Below, one piece after another: positions 9,299 through 19,213 of a stretch of 64,000 nucleotides of DNA. The stretch covers positions 28,740-92,739 of the forward strand of contig JBFGNS010000001.1 in NCBI GenBank assembly GCA_041574955.1. Direction: 5' to 3'. The notes under the pieces were generated by a model, which searched no databases, was not told the origin of the DNA, and saw nothing but the letters and a program-made list of their open reading frames with translations. Each line of letters opens with the position of its first letter. Position 1 is the first letter of the stretch. The translations under genes were made by a program, and so were the position numbers. Origin of the DNA: Thermoanaerobaculia bacterium (GTDB taxonomy: Bacteria; Acidobacteriota; Thermoanaerobaculia; Multivoradales; JAHEKO01).

Positions 9299-10290
9299 CC
9301 CGGCCGGTGGGCCGCGGCGCGCGCCTGCGGCCCGTCGGCCGCGAGGAGGTGCAGGGTCACGGTGTCGCCGCACGGTACCAGCGGCCCGAAGCCGCCGGCC
9401 GGGGCGCAGTCGAGCGGCTCGCCGGCGGCGCTCCAGCAGCTGTGGATCTCGAGCAGGCGGTCGGGGCGGGCGGCGTCGCAGTAGAGCCGCACCGTGCGCG
9501 GGTAGAGGGCCGCGAGGCGCGACCGCGCGACCGTGTCACCGGCCCAGCCGTCGACGGCAGCGGTGGCGTCGGCGATCCTGGCGGCGAGCTCCAGCCCGGT
9601 GGCGAAGTAGCGGAGCGCACCCTCGTCGCCGGGCTCTGTGAAGCAGGTGCCGTGCTTCTGCCACTCGTGGTTGAGCAGCTCGCAGACGGCGCCTTCGGCG
9701 ACGCCGTCGGGAGCGCTGCCGGCCGCCGGATCGGGCCACTCGGCGGCCAGCCGGGCGCGCAGCTCCGCCGGCCAGCGGGCCACCGCCGCGGGGTCGAGAG
9801 GCAGCGCCTCGCCGCAGCACTGGGGGAAGCCGGCGGTGTAGTTGGGCCACAGGCCGTGGATCGCCAGCCGCGCGGGCGTGCCGCGGCCGCAGCGAGCCTC
9901 GCCGCGGTGGGTGAGGGTGGTGTCGTAGCCGTCGGACAGTCCGGCGCAGAAGGTCGGCAGCCAGTGCTGCGAGAGCAGCAGGTAGTCGTAGTCGGCGGCA
10001 CCCGTCTTGGCGGCGCAGGCGGCGTCGCCCTCGTCGAAGCAGACGACCGCTGGCGGCCGGGCGACCGGCGAATCGGCGCGCACGCCGCAGATGTCGACGC
10101 AGCCGGAACCGTCGGCGCGCCAGCCGCCGGGATGGTCGAAGCCGGAGTCCGGCGGGCGCTCGGCCCGTTCTGCGGCGCCACAGGCGAGCGCGGTCGCGGT
10201 GAGTGCCGCGAGAGCCGCCAGACGGCTGCGCCGCCGCCGGTCGCTGCTGCGCGCCTCGGCGCCTGGCTGCGGTGGGCGGCTCAGCGCCGT
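9295..10290 (-). CDS. secreted ribonuclease T2 family lipoprotein (start codon unresolved)
   Basis: CAS I HGLWP and CAS II HEWQKHGTC motifs; signal LAALAALTATALAC; no ATG/GTG/TTG in frame before the signal peptide. Confidence 0.7.
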   Translation of the reverse strand, partial: TALSRPPQPGAEARSSDRRRRSRLAALAALTATALACGAAERAERPPDSGFDHPGGWRADGSGCVDICGVRADSPVARPPAVVCFDEGDAACAAKTGAADYDYLLLSQHWLPTFCAGLSDGYDTTLTHRGEARCGRGTPARLAIHGLWPNYTAGFPQCCGEALPLDPAAVARWPAELRARLAAEWPDPAAGSAPDGVAEGAVCELLNHEWQKHGTCFTEPGDEGALRYFATGLELAARIADATAAVDGWAGDTVARSRLAALYPRTVRLYCDAARPDRLLEIHSCWSAAGEPLDCAPAGGFGPLVPCGDTVTLHLLAADGPQARAAAHRPG

Positions 10291-11468
10291 CGCCGCCCCT
10301 GCTCGACGATCTGGCGCAGCCTGGCCGCGGGGTCGGCCACCTTGGCGAGGAAGATCATCGCCGCGATCACCGGCGGCTTGAAGCTCGCCTGGTGGTAGGT
10401 GTGCGGGATGTAGCGCTCGAACACCGGCCGGCTGACCTCGCCGCGCTCGCAGCTCAGGCCGCTGATGTCGGCCGGCAGGCAGTGCTGGTAGAGCGCCGAG
10501 CCTTCGCGGGTCAGGCCCATCCGGTCGTCGTCGCACTCCCAGGCCACGTGCTCGGCGTTCTCGGCCAGGCAGTCACGCTCGAGCTGCTTCAAACCGTCGC
10601 GGTCGCCGGCGTGCAGCAGGTCCCGCCGCCGCTCCATCACCGCCAGCGACGCCCACGACTTGGGGTAGACGACGTCGGCATCGCGGAAGGCGTCGTCCAT
10701 CGAGTCGACCACCTCGAAGCTGCCGCCGCTGGCGGCGGCGTTGCGCCCGGCCAGCTCGACCACGTCGGGCAGCAGGTCGTAGCCCGGAGGGTGGGCGAGG
10801 GTGACCCGCATCCCGAAGCGGCTCATCAGGGCGATCACCCCCTGCGGCACCGACAGCGGCTTGCCGTAGCTCGGCGAGTAGGCCCAGCTCATCGCGATCT
10901 TCTTGCCGCGCAGCTCGTCGACGCCGCCGAAGTAGTCGGCCAGCTTGGCCAGATCGGAGAGGCTCTGGGTCGGGTGGTCGAGGTCCGACTGCAGGTTGAC
11001 CACCACCGGTCGCTGGTGGAGCAGGCCCTGGCGGTGGCAGTCGGCCACGGCGTCCCGCACCTGGCGCTGATACCGGTCGCCCTCGCCGAGATAGAGGTCG
11101 TCCCGGATGCCGATCACCTCGGCCATGAAGCTGAGCATCGCCGCGGTCTCGCGCACCGTCTCGCCGTGGGCGATCTGGGACTTCTCCTCGTCGAGGCTCT
11201 CGACCGCCAGACCGAGAGCGTCGGCGGCCGAGGCGTAGCTGAAGCGGGTGCGGGTCGACTGATCGCGGAAGATCGAGATCGCCAGACCGCTGTCGAAGAT
11301 CCGGTAGGAGACGCCTTCGCGGTGTAGCCGGTCGAGGATGCCGGCGACCAGCAGGGTGGCGCGGACGTCGTCTTCGGTCTTCTCCCAGGTGAGCAGGAAG
11401 TCCTGCTCCAGCATCGCGGGGCGCAGCCGCTCCAGGGCCTCGATGTCGTGCAGCAGGGTGTCGGTCAT
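10281..11468 (-). CDS. ygeW: knotted carbamoyltransferase YgeW family (putative oxamate carbamoyltransferase)
   Basis: STRTR carbamoyl-phosphate motif, HPTQ, SMDDAF; start MTDTLLHDIEALERL; length about 395 aa as in YgeW. Confidence 0.8.
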   Translation of the reverse strand: MTDTLLHDIEALERLRPAMLEQDFLLTWEKTEDDVRATLLVAGILDRLHREGVSYRIFDSGLAISIFRDQSTRTRFSYASAADALGLAVESLDEEKSQIAHGETVRETAAMLSFMAEVIGIRDDLYLGEGDRYQRQVRDAVADCHRQGLLHQRPVVVNLQSDLDHPTQSLSDLAKLADYFGGVDELRGKKIAMSWAYSPSYGKPLSVPQGVIALMSRFGMRVTLAHPPGYDLLPDVVELAGRNAAASGGSFEVVDSMDDAFRDADVVYPKSWASLAVMERRRDLLHAGDRDGLKQLERDCLAENAEHVAWECDDDRMGLTREGSALYQHCLPADISGLSCERGEVSRPVFERYIPHTYHQASFKPPVIAAMIFLAKVADPAARLRQIVEQGRRRR

Positions 11469-11562
11469 GGCGGCTTGGGGCGGGCTCGCGGCGGGCGGTC
11501 GGAGGGAGCGGCGGGTAGCGTACGACAGGCCGGAGCCGCCGGCAACCTGCGGCTCCGACGGT

Positions 11563-12519
11563 ATGATTGCCGCCGTGCAAGCGCCGCTGATCGTCATCGC
11601 CGTGGGGGGCAACTCGCTCATCCGGGACGCCCAGCACATGACGGTGCTGGACCAGTACATCGCTGCCGGCGAGACCGCCGAGCACATCGCCGACATCGTC
11701 GAGGCCGGCTTCAGGGTGCTGATCACCCACGGCAACGGCCCGCAGGTGGGCTTCATCCTGCTGCGCTCGGAGCTGGCCAAGGACAAGGTGCACCAGGTGC
11801 CGCTGGAGAGCTGCGTCGCCGACACCCAGGGAGCGATCGGCTACCAGATCGAGCAGACGCTGTCGAACGAGCTCGTCCAGCGCGGCGTCCGCCGGCAGAT
11901 CTCGGTGGTGGTGACGCAGGTGGTGGTCGACCGCGCCGATCCGGCGCTCGGCAAGCCGTCCAAGCCGATAGGCCCGTTCCTGTCGGAGGAGGAGGCCGGC
12001 CGGCGGCGGGACAAGGACGGCTGGGAGATGGTCGAGGACGCCGGCCGCGGCTGGCGGAGGGTGGTGGCCTCGCCCCGGCCGCTCGAAGTGATCGAGCTGG
12101 AAGTGATCCGCCTGCTGCTCGACGCCGGCGTCATCGTCATCGCCGCCGGCGGCGGCGGCATCCCCGTGGTGCGCGACGAGGCCGGCCGGTTGACCGGCGT
12201 GCCGGCGGTGGTCGACAAAGACGCCGCCTCGTGCCTGCTGGCCAAGAACCTGGGGGCCGAGATCCTGATGATCTCGACCGGTGTCGAAAAGGTGGCGCTC
12301 AACTACCGCAAGCCCGACCAGACCTGGATCGACCGCATGACGGTCGCCGAGGCCCGCCGCCACCTCGAGGACGGGCAGTTCGCGGCCGGCAGCATGCGGC
12401 CGAAGATCGAGGCGGCGATCGACTTTCTGGAGAGCGGCGGCGCCAAGGTCATCATCACCGAGCCTCACGTGCTGGAGGACGCGCTGTTCGGCCGCACCGG
12501 CACGCTGGTGGTGCCGTGA
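11563..12519 (+). CDS. arcC: carbamate kinase
   Basis: LIVIAVGGNSL ... VLITHGNGPQVGF signature; divergent from ygeW. Confidence 0.85.
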   Translation: MIAAVQAPLIVIAVGGNSLIRDAQHMTVLDQYIAAGETAEHIADIVEAGFRVLITHGNGPQVGFILLRSELAKDKVHQVPLESCVADTQGAIGYQIEQTLSNELVQRGVRRQISVVVTQVVVDRADPALGKPSKPIGPFLSEEEAGRRRDKDGWEMVEDAGRGWRRVVASPRPLEVIELEVIRLLLDAGVIVIAAGGGGIPVVRDEAGRLTGVPAVVDKDAASCLLAKNLGAEILMISTGVEKVALNYRKPDQTWIDRMTVAEARRHLEDGQFAAGSMRPKIEAAIDFLESGGAKVIITEPHVLEDALFGRTGTLVVP

Positions 12520-13787
12520 GCGTGGCTTCGGCCGGCGGCGACGCACTGCCGCCGGTCGGCGAGCCGGTGGCCGAGCTGGACTCTCTGACGGCGCGAGCGG
12601 CGCCGTTCCTGATGAAGCTGGCACGTGCGCTGCACACCTACGGCATGCCGTCGCACCGCCTGGAGCTGGCGCTGTCGCAGGTCTCGGCCGAGCTCGGTGT
12701 TGCCGCCCACTACCTGGTGACGCCGACCTCGATCTTCGCCTCGATCGGTTCGGCGCCGTCGGCCCGGACGTTCATCGAGCGGCTCGAGCCGGGCCAGATC
12801 GACCTCGGCAAGCAGACCGAGCTGCACGGGCTGATCGGGGCGGTCTGCCGCCGGCGGCTGACCCTGGAGGAGGCGGCGGCGGCGGTCGACGCGCTGGTCG
12901 AGCGCCCGCCCGTGCAGGGCTGGCCGGCGGTGGTGGCCAGCTTCGGGCTGGCGTCGACGGGGGCGGCGGTGTTTTTCGGCGGCGGTCGCAGCGAGCTGAT
13001 CGCGGCCGGCGCTATCGGTCTGGCCATCGGTCTGCTGGTCCGGGCGGCGGGCGGCTCGCGGCGGCTGGCGATGGTGATGCCCGGCGTGGCGGGGGTCGCC
13101 GGCGTGTTGATCGCGGCGGCTGTACAGGCGGCGCTCGGGCCGATGTTCCCGTTCATCCCCACGCTGGCCGGTCTGATCATCCTGATCCCGGGTCTCAACC
13201 TGACCATCGCGGTCAACGAGCTGGCGCACGCCCAGCTGGTGAGTGGCACCGCCCGGCTGGGCGGAGCGTTGATGGCGTTCCTGCAGATCGCCTTCGGCGT
13301 GGCGCTCGGCAAGAAGCTGGTGGGAGTGGTGGCCGGCGCCCAGCCGGTGGTCGACCCCGCGCCGCTGACGGGCTGGATGGTGCCGCTGGCGCTGGTGGTG
13401 ACGGCGGTGGCGATGACGGTGCTGTTCCGCGCCCGGCCGCGCGACCTGCCGCTCATCCTGGTGGCGGCGGGCGTTTCGTTCGGTGGCAGCCGGTTGGGCA
13501 CCGAGGCGCTCGGGCCGGAGCTCGGCGTGCTGGTGGGCGCCTGGCTGGTCGGCACGGTCGGCCACCTCGCCGGCCGCTGGCTGGATCAGCCGTCGGCGAT
13601 CGTGATCCTGCCGGGCATCCTGCTGCTGGTGCCGGGGGCGCTCGGCTTCCGCAGCCTGTCGGCGCTGATGGCGAACGACGTCGTCTCCGGCATCCAGGCC
13701 GGCTTCACCATGCTGCTGGTGGCCGCGTCGCTGGTCACCGGCCTGCTGCTGGCCAGCCTCATCGCCCGCTCGCAAGAGGCCTTCTGA
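12516..13787 (+). CDS. threonine/serine exporter family protein (ThrE; YjjP+YjjB-like fused DUF1212/DUF3815)
   Basis: GTGA overlap with carbamate kinase stop; about 10 TM segments, typical ThrE-like pattern. Confidence 0.6.
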   Translation: MSVASAGGDALPPVGEPVAELDSLTARAAPFLMKLARALHTYGMPSHRLELALSQVSAELGVAAHYLVTPTSIFASIGSAPSARTFIERLEPGQIDLGKQTELHGLIGAVCRRRLTLEEAAAAVDALVERPPVQGWPAVVASFGLASTGAAVFFGGGRSELIAAGAIGLAIGLLVRAAGGSRRLAMVMPGVAGVAGVLIAAAVQAALGPMFPFIPTLAGLIILIPGLNLTIAVNELAHAQLVSGTARLGGALMAFLQIAFGVALGKKLVGVVAGAQPVVDPAPLTGWMVPLALVVTAVAMTVLFRARPRDLPLILVAAGVSFGGSRLGTEALGPELGVLVGAWLVGTVGHLAGRWLDQPSAIVILPGILLLVPGALGFRSLSALMANDVVSGIQAGFTMLLVAASLVTGLLLASLIARSQEAF

Positions 13788-13789
13788 AG

Positions 13790-13838
13790 CGGTGACAGGA
13801 TACTTGTGCTCCAGACGGTGTTAAGTATCCTGTCACCG
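13790..13838. terminator. bidirectional intrinsic terminator hairpin between convergent thrE-like and xdhB
   Basis: GGTGACAGGATACTT-N17-AAGTATCCTGTCACC perfect 15-bp stem, locally AT-rich, followed by GCGGTTCCC tandem. Confidence 0.7.
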
Positions 13839-13856
13839 CGGTTCCCGCGGTTCCCG

Positions 13857-16196
13857 TTACCTCTCTTTGCCGGCGGCCACACGGGGAGCCAGGCGCTGCT
13901 CGAGGTCGGCGATGGCGTTGAGCACCTCCTCGGGCGTCGCCGGCGCGTTGAGGTGCGGGCTCAGCCGGTGGTCGCCGACGCTGGCCACCGCGTCCTTGAT
14001 CGCCTGGAACGCTGAGATGGCTAGCATCAGCGGCGGCTCGCCGACCGCCTTCGAGCGGTGGATGGTCGGCTCGCGGTTGCGGCCCGACGGCAGCAGCTCG
14101 ACGTGGAACTCGTCGGGCAGGTCCGAGGCGACCGGGATCTTGTAGGTCGACGGCGCGTGGGTGCCCAGCTCGCCGTCGCCGTTCCACCACAGCTCCTCCG
14201 AGGTCAGCCAGCCCATCCCCTGGATGAAGCCGCCCTCGACCTGGCCGAGGTCGATCGCCGGATTGAGCGAGCGGCCGACGTCGTGCAGGATGTCCACCCG
14301 CAGGATTCGCGTCTCGCCGGTCAGCACGTCGATGATCGCCTCGGACACCGCGGCGCCGTAGGCGAAGTAGTAGAACGGACGGCCGGTCATCGTGCGGCGG
14401 TCGTAGTGGATCTTGGGCGTGCGGTAGAAGCCGGTGGCCGATAGCGGCACGCGCGCCAGCCAGGCGCGGTGGACGAGCTCGGCGAAGGTCGCCTCGGCGT
14501 CGCCGGCCTGCACCCGGCCGTCCTCGAACCGCACCTCGTCGGCCGCCACGCCGTGCTCGCGAGCGGCGAAGTCGGCCAGCCGTCCCCGCAGCTTGTGGGC
14601 GGCGGCCAGCGCCGCCATGCCGTTGAGGTCCGATCCCGATGAGGCCGCGGTGGCCGAGGCGTTGGGCACCTTCGAGGTGTCCGATGCGGTGCAGCGGACA
14701 TCGGCGACGTCGACTCCCAGCTCGTCGGCCACCACCTGCGCCACCTTGGTGAACAGCCCCTGGCCCATCTCGGTACCGCCGTGGTTGAGCATCACCGTGC
14801 CGTCGGTGTAGAGGTGGATGAGCGCGCCGGCCTGGTTGAAGTGGGTGGCGGTGAACGAGATGCCGAACTTGACCGGGGTGAGCGCGATGCCGCGCTTGAG
14901 CAGCCGGCTGCCGGCGTTGAACCGCTCGATATCGCGCCGCCGCCGGCGGTAGTCGGAGCTCTGCTCGAGCCGCGGCACGATTTCCTCGAGCAGGTTGTCC
15001 TCGACCTTCATCCGGTAGGGGGTCTCGTCGCGCTCGCCGACGCCGTAGAAGTTGGCGCGCCGCACGTCCAGCGGATCGATCCCCAGGTGACGGGCGATCT
15101 CGTCGACCACCGTTTCGATCGCCAGCATGCCCTGTGGGCCGCCGAAGCCGCGAAAGGCCGTGTTGGAAACCGTGTGGGTCTTGCACCGGTGCGAGACGAT
15201 CGATACGTTCTCGAGGTAGTAGGCGTTGTCGGAGTGGAAGATGGCGCGGTCGTTGACCGGGCCCGAGAGATCGGCCGACATGCCGCAGTTCGACGCCAGC
15301 TCGAGCTCGAGGCCGGCGATCACGCCGCGCTCGTCGAAGCCGACGTGGTAGTCGACGCGGAAGCCGTGCCGCTTGCCGGTCATGATCATGTCGGCATCGC
15401 GGTCCAGGCGCAGCTTGACCGGCCGGCCGATGCGGTCGGCGAGCAGCGCGGCGATGGCGGCGAACAGCGCCGGCTGCGTTTCCTTGCCGCCGAAGCCACC
15501 GCCCATCCGGCGGCACTCCACCACCACGTCGTTGGCGGTGCGGGCGAGCGCGTGGGCCACCACCATCTGCACCTCGCCGGGGTGCTGGGTCGAGCTGTAG
15601 ACCAGCATCTGGCCGTCCTCGCGCGGCAACGCGAAGGCGATCTGCCCCTCGAGGTAGAACTGGTCCTGCCCACCGATCCGCAGCCGGCCGCGCAGCCGGC
15701 GGGCGGCGCCGGCGATCGCGCCCCCGGCGTCGCCGCGCACGAGCCGCACGCTCGGCAGCACAAACGACTGCCGCGCCAGGGCGGTGTCGATGTCGAGGAT
15801 GGCCGGCAGGTCGTCGTACTCGATGACCGCTCGCCGCGCCGCTCGCCGCGCCAGATCGACACCGGTGGCGGCGACCGCGAACACCGACTGGCCGACGTAC
15901 TGCACCAGCCGGTCGGCAAAGATGGGGTCGTCTTTGAGCATGCCGCCGATGTCGTTGGCGCCGGGGATGTCGGTGGCGGTCATCACCTCGACCACGCCGG
16001 GTGAGCGTCGCACCGGCTCGAGGTCGAGCGAGCGGATGCGAGCGTGCGGCCGCGCGCTGGTGCCGACGGCGGCGTGCAGGGTGCCGGCGGGTTCGGGCAG
16101 GTCGTCGGCGTAGTCGGCGCCGCCGCTGACGTGCAGGTGGGCGCTCTCGTGGGGCAGCGGCGTCCCGACGCGGCCCGGTCTGTCGTCTCGGCTCAC
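13857..16196 (-). CDS. xdhB: xanthine dehydrogenase molybdopterin-binding subunit
   Basis: Aldehyde oxidase/xanthine DH a/b hammerhead and MoCo-binding pattern (GGGFGGK); ATGA overlap with upstream xdhA. Confidence 0.85.
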   Translation of the reverse strand: MSRDDRPGRVGTPLPHESAHLHVSGGADYADDLPEPAGTLHAAVGTSARPHARIRSLDLEPVRRSPGVVEVMTATDIPGANDIGGMLKDDPIFADRLVQYVGQSVFAVAATGVDLARRAARRAVIEYDDLPAILDIDTALARQSFVLPSVRLVRGDAGGAIAGAARRLRGRLRIGGQDQFYLEGQIAFALPREDGQMLVYSSTQHPGEVQMVVAHALARTANDVVVECRRMGGGFGGKETQPALFAAIAALLADRIGRPVKLRLDRDADMIMTGKRHGFRVDYHVGFDERGVIAGLELELASNCGMSADLSGPVNDRAIFHSDNAYYLENVSIVSHRCKTHTVSNTAFRGFGGPQGMLAIETVVDEIARHLGIDPLDVRRANFYGVGERDETPYRMKVEDNLLEEIVPRLEQSSDYRRRRRDIERFNAGSRLLKRGIALTPVKFGISFTATHFNQAGALIHLYTDGTVMLNHGGTEMGQGLFTKVAQVVADELGVDVADVRCTASDTSKVPNASATAASSGSDLNGMAALAAAHKLRGRLADFAAREHGVAADEVRFEDGRVQAGDAEATFAELVHRAWLARVPLSATGFYRTPKIHYDRRTMTGRPFYYFAYGAAVSEAIIDVLTGETRILRVDILHDVGRSLNPAIDLGQVEGGFIQGMGWLTSEELWWNGDGELGTHAPSTYKIPVASDLPDEFHVELLPSGRNREPTIHRSKAVGEPPLMLAISAFQAIKDAVASVGDHRLSPHLNAPATPEEVLNAIADLEQRLAPRVAAGKER

Positions 16197-17755
16197 GGCT
16201 GGGCTCCGTATTCGAGTATCCGGGTGGCGCCGTCGAGGGCACTACCGTCGGGGCCGGCAGTCTCGTAGAAGAACTTGCGCAGCAGGTTGCGCGCCACCTG
16301 CCGGCGGTAGCCGCGGCTGGCCCGCATGTCGCTGATCGGTGTGAAGTCGGCGTCGAGCGCCTCCAGGCCGGCGGCGACCGCCTCCTCGCTCCAGCGAGCG
16401 CCCTCGATCGCCTGCTCGCACCGCCGCGCTCGCTCGGGCGTCGCCGACATGCCGCCGAAACCGATGCGGACGTCGCGCGCCCGGCCGTCCTCGAGCCGCA
16501 GGCAGAACGCCGCGCACACCGCCGAGATGTCCTGGTCGAACCGCTTCGAGATCTTGTAGGCGCGGAACAGACGGTCCGGTGGGGTGAGCGGTATACGCAC
16601 CCGCTCGAGCAACTCGCCCGGCTCGAGGGCGGTCCGGCGGTAGCCGAGGTAGAACTCGTCGAGCGGCAGCTCGCGGCGTCGCTCGCCGCGAACCAGCACC
16701 ACGCTGGCGTCGAGCGCCAGCAGCGCCGGCATCGAGTCGCCGATCGGCGAGCCGTTGACGACGTTGCCGCCGAGGGTCGCGGCGTTGCGGATCGGCGGCG
16801 AGGCGAAGCGCCGTAGCAGCTCGCCGAAGTCGGGGAACCGCTCGGCCAGCTCCCGGTAGGTGTCGGTCAGGGTGACGGCGGCGCCGATCTCGAGGTGGCC
16901 GTCGGTCACCTCCAGCCGGCGCAGCTCCTCGACGTTGCCGACGTAGATCGTCTGCTCGATCTGCCGCAGCTCCTTGGTGATCCACAGGCCGACGTCGGTG
17001 CAGCCCGCCACCAGCCGGGCGTCGGGATGCCGCTCGGCCAGCTCGGTCAGCTCGGCCAGCCGGGTGGGCGCCCAGTAGCGGTGCTCGCCGCCGCCCGCCG
17101 CCGGGGCGGCGAGCTCGAGGCACCGGCGCCGGCCGAGGCCGCGCAGCCGCTCGACCAGCTCGCGCTCGTCGGCGCCGGGCTGTCCGCCCGGATCTGCCGG
17201 CGCGTGCAGCCAGTGGCCGTTGGCGCTCCGCCCGCGCTCGTACATCGCCCGCGCGGCGTCGAGAATCGGCCGGTAGCCGGTGCAGCGGCACAGGTTGCCG
17301 GCCAGCACGTCGCGGATACGCCGGCGGTCGGGATCGCGCTCGGACTTGTAGAGCGCGAACAGCGACATGACGAAGCCCGGCGTGCAGAAGCCGCACTGCG
17401 AGCCGTGGCAGTCGACCATCGCCCGCTGCACCGGATGCAGCTCGCCGTCGGGCGAGACCAGCGACTCGACGGTCACCAGGAGCTTGCCGTCGAGCGTCGG
17501 CAGCAGCTGGATGCAGGAGTTGAGGGCGCGGAAGCGGAGGCGGTCGCCGTCGAGCTCTCCAACCACCACCGTGCAGGCGCCGCAGTCGCCCTCGGCGCAG
17601 CCCTCCTTGGTGCCGGTGCGGCGCAGGTGCTCGCGCAGGTAGGTCAGGACCGTGGTGTTCGGGTCGAGGCCCGAGACCGCGTGGAGCTCGCCGTCGAGCA
17701 GAAAACGGACCGTGCCGCCGGGCTCGTCGGCTTCGGCCTGATTCGCCGCCGTCAT
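16193..17755 (-). CDS. xdhA: xanthine dehydrogenase small subunit ([2Fe-2S] + FAD-binding)
   Basis: CAEGDCGACTV and CGFCTPG/CRCTGY [2Fe-2S] motifs, CO-dehydrogenase flavoprotein domain; GGAGGAGG SD before ATG 17755. Confidence 0.85.
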   Translation of the reverse strand: MTAANQAEADEPGGTVRFLLDGELHAVSGLDPNTTVLTYLREHLRRTGTKEGCAEGDCGACTVVVGELDGDRLRFRALNSCIQLLPTLDGKLLVTVESLVSPDGELHPVQRAMVDCHGSQCGFCTPGFVMSLFALYKSERDPDRRRIRDVLAGNLCRCTGYRPILDAARAMYERGRSANGHWLHAPADPGGQPGADERELVERLRGLGRRRCLELAAPAAGGGEHRYWAPTRLAELTELAERHPDARLVAGCTDVGLWITKELRQIEQTIYVGNVEELRRLEVTDGHLEIGAAVTLTDTYRELAERFPDFGELLRRFASPPIRNAATLGGNVVNGSPIGDSMPALLALDASVVLVRGERRRELPLDEFYLGYRRTALEPGELLERVRIPLTPPDRLFRAYKISKRFDQDISAVCAAFCLRLEDGRARDVRIGFGGMSATPERARRCEQAIEGARWSEEAVAAGLEALDADFTPISDMRASRGYRRQVARNLLRKFFYETAGPDGSALDGATRILEYGAQP

Positions 17756-17845
17756 GGTGTCGCCTCCTCCGGACAGCACGCCAGGGAGTCGAGAAGGCTG
17801 TCGGGAGTATAGCGCCAGCCGGCGCGCTCCGGCTGCCCGCCTCGA

Positions 17846-19153
17846 CTAGCCGCCGGTGCGGACGGTGTAGAAGACGATCAGCAACGCGCCCAGCAGGTAC
17901 ATCAGCGGGTGGATGTCGCGGAAGCGGCCGCGCAGCAGCTTGATCGCCACCCAGGAGACGATGCCGAAGCTGATGCCGTTGGCGATCGAGTAGGTGAACG
18001 GCATGGTCGCGGCGGTCAGGAAGGCCGGCACCGCCTCGTCGATCCGCGACCAGTCGATCTCGCGCGCGCCCTGCATCATCAGCGCACCGACCACGATCAG
18101 CGCCGGCGCGGTGGCGAAGGCGGGCACCGCGGTGAACAGCGGCGTCAGGAACAGCGACAGCAGGAACAGCAATCCGACCACCACCGCGGTCAGGCCGGTG
18201 CGACCGCCCTCCTCGACGCCGGTGGCCGACTCGACGTAGCTGGTGACCGTGCTGGTGCCCACCGCCGCCCCGACCATGGTGCCGACGGCGTCGGCCGCGA
18301 ACGCCCGCTCGGAGCGCGGCAGCTCGCCCCGCTTGTCGACGAAGCCGGCCAGCCGGCCGACGCCGATCAGCGTACCGGCGGTGTCGAAGATGTCGACGAA
18401 CAGGAACGCCAGCACCACCAGCAGCAGCTTGCCGGTCATCAGGCCGGAGAAGTCGAGAGCGAAGAGCGTCTCCTCGGGCAGCCCCGGCCAGCTGACGAGC
18501 TGGACGGGGGGCGCGATGATCCCGGCTCCCCAGGCGATGCCGGTAACGCCCAGGATGCCGATAAGGATCGCACCCCTTACGCGCGCCGACATCAGCACCG
18601 CCATCACCACCAGCCCGGCGAGCGCCAGCAGGGCGGTCGCGGCATGCACGTCGCCCAGGGTCACCAGCGTCGCCGGGTGGTCGACCACCAGGCCGGCGTT
18701 CTGGAAGCCGATGATCGCCAGGAACAGGCCGATGCCGCTCATGGTGGCGATCTTGATCGACTGCGGGATGGCGCGCAGCAGGGCGGTGCGCACCCCGGTC
18801 AGCGCCAGCACCAGGAACAGCGCCCCCTCGACGAAGACAGCCGCCAGCGCCACCTGCCAGGAGATCCCCATGCCGAGCACGACGCCGAAGGTGAAGTAGG
18901 CGTTCAGACCCATGCCGGGCGCCAGCGCGAACGGGTAGTTGGCCAGCAGGCCCATCGCCAGGGTGGCGGCGGCCGAGGCCAGAGCGGTGGCGACCGCCAC
19001 GTCGCTCGCCGGCAGGCCGGCCTGCGACAGGATCTGCGGGTTGACGAACAGGATGTAGGACATGGTGAGGAAGGTCACCACGCCCGCCCGCACCTCGGTG
19101 GCCACCGAGCTGCCCTGGGCCTCGATCCGGAACCACCGTTCCAGCACGCTCAC
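17846..19153 (-). CDS. pbuG: NCS2 family purine permease (AzgA/PbuG-like adenine/guanine/hypoxanthine permease)
   Basis: VLERWFRIEAQGSSVATEVRAGVVTFLTMSYILFVNPQIL typical AzgA N-terminus; GTG start 19153 (or 19147) inferred. Confidence 0.75.
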   Translation of the reverse strand: MSVLERWFRIEAQGSSVATEVRAGVVTFLTMSYILFVNPQILSQAGLPASDVAVATALASAAATLAMGLLANYPFALAPGMGLNAYFTFGVVLGMGISWQVALAAVFVEGALFLVLALTGVRTALLRAIPQSIKIATMSGIGLFLAIIGFQNAGLVVDHPATLVTLGDVHAATALLALAGLVVMAVLMSARVRGAILIGILGVTGIAWGAGIIAPPVQLVSWPGLPEETLFALDFSGLMTGKLLLVVLAFLFVDIFDTAGTLIGVGRLAGFVDKRGELPRSERAFAADAVGTMVGAAVGTSTVTSYVESATGVEEGGRTGLTAVVVGLLFLLSLFLTPLFTAVPAFATAPALIVVGALMMQGAREIDWSRIDEAVPAFLTAATMPFTYSIANGISFGIVSWVAIKLLRGRFRDIHPLMYLLGALLIVFYTVRTGG

Positions 19154-19159
19154 GGAGTG

Positions 19160-19175
19160 GCGATTATACCTCCGG
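19160..19175 (-). promoter_or_regulatory. candidate -10 box (TATAAT) plus GGAGG immediately upstream of pbuG-like start
   Basis: GGAGGTATAATCGCCACTCCGTG on minus strand; TATAAT 10 nt before GTG suggests near-leaderless transcript. Confidence 0.3.
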
Positions 19176-19213
19176 CGCCGGGCGTCGGCGGTGAGGGGGC
19201 TTGAGGCTTCGGG

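Noticed and set aside
13759-19136. Very long minus-strand ORFs (827 aa and 964 aa) in alternative frames of xdhB/xdhA/pbuG
   Set aside because: Arg/Gly/Pro-rich low complexity; the true frames carry [2Fe-2S], FAD and MoCo motifs
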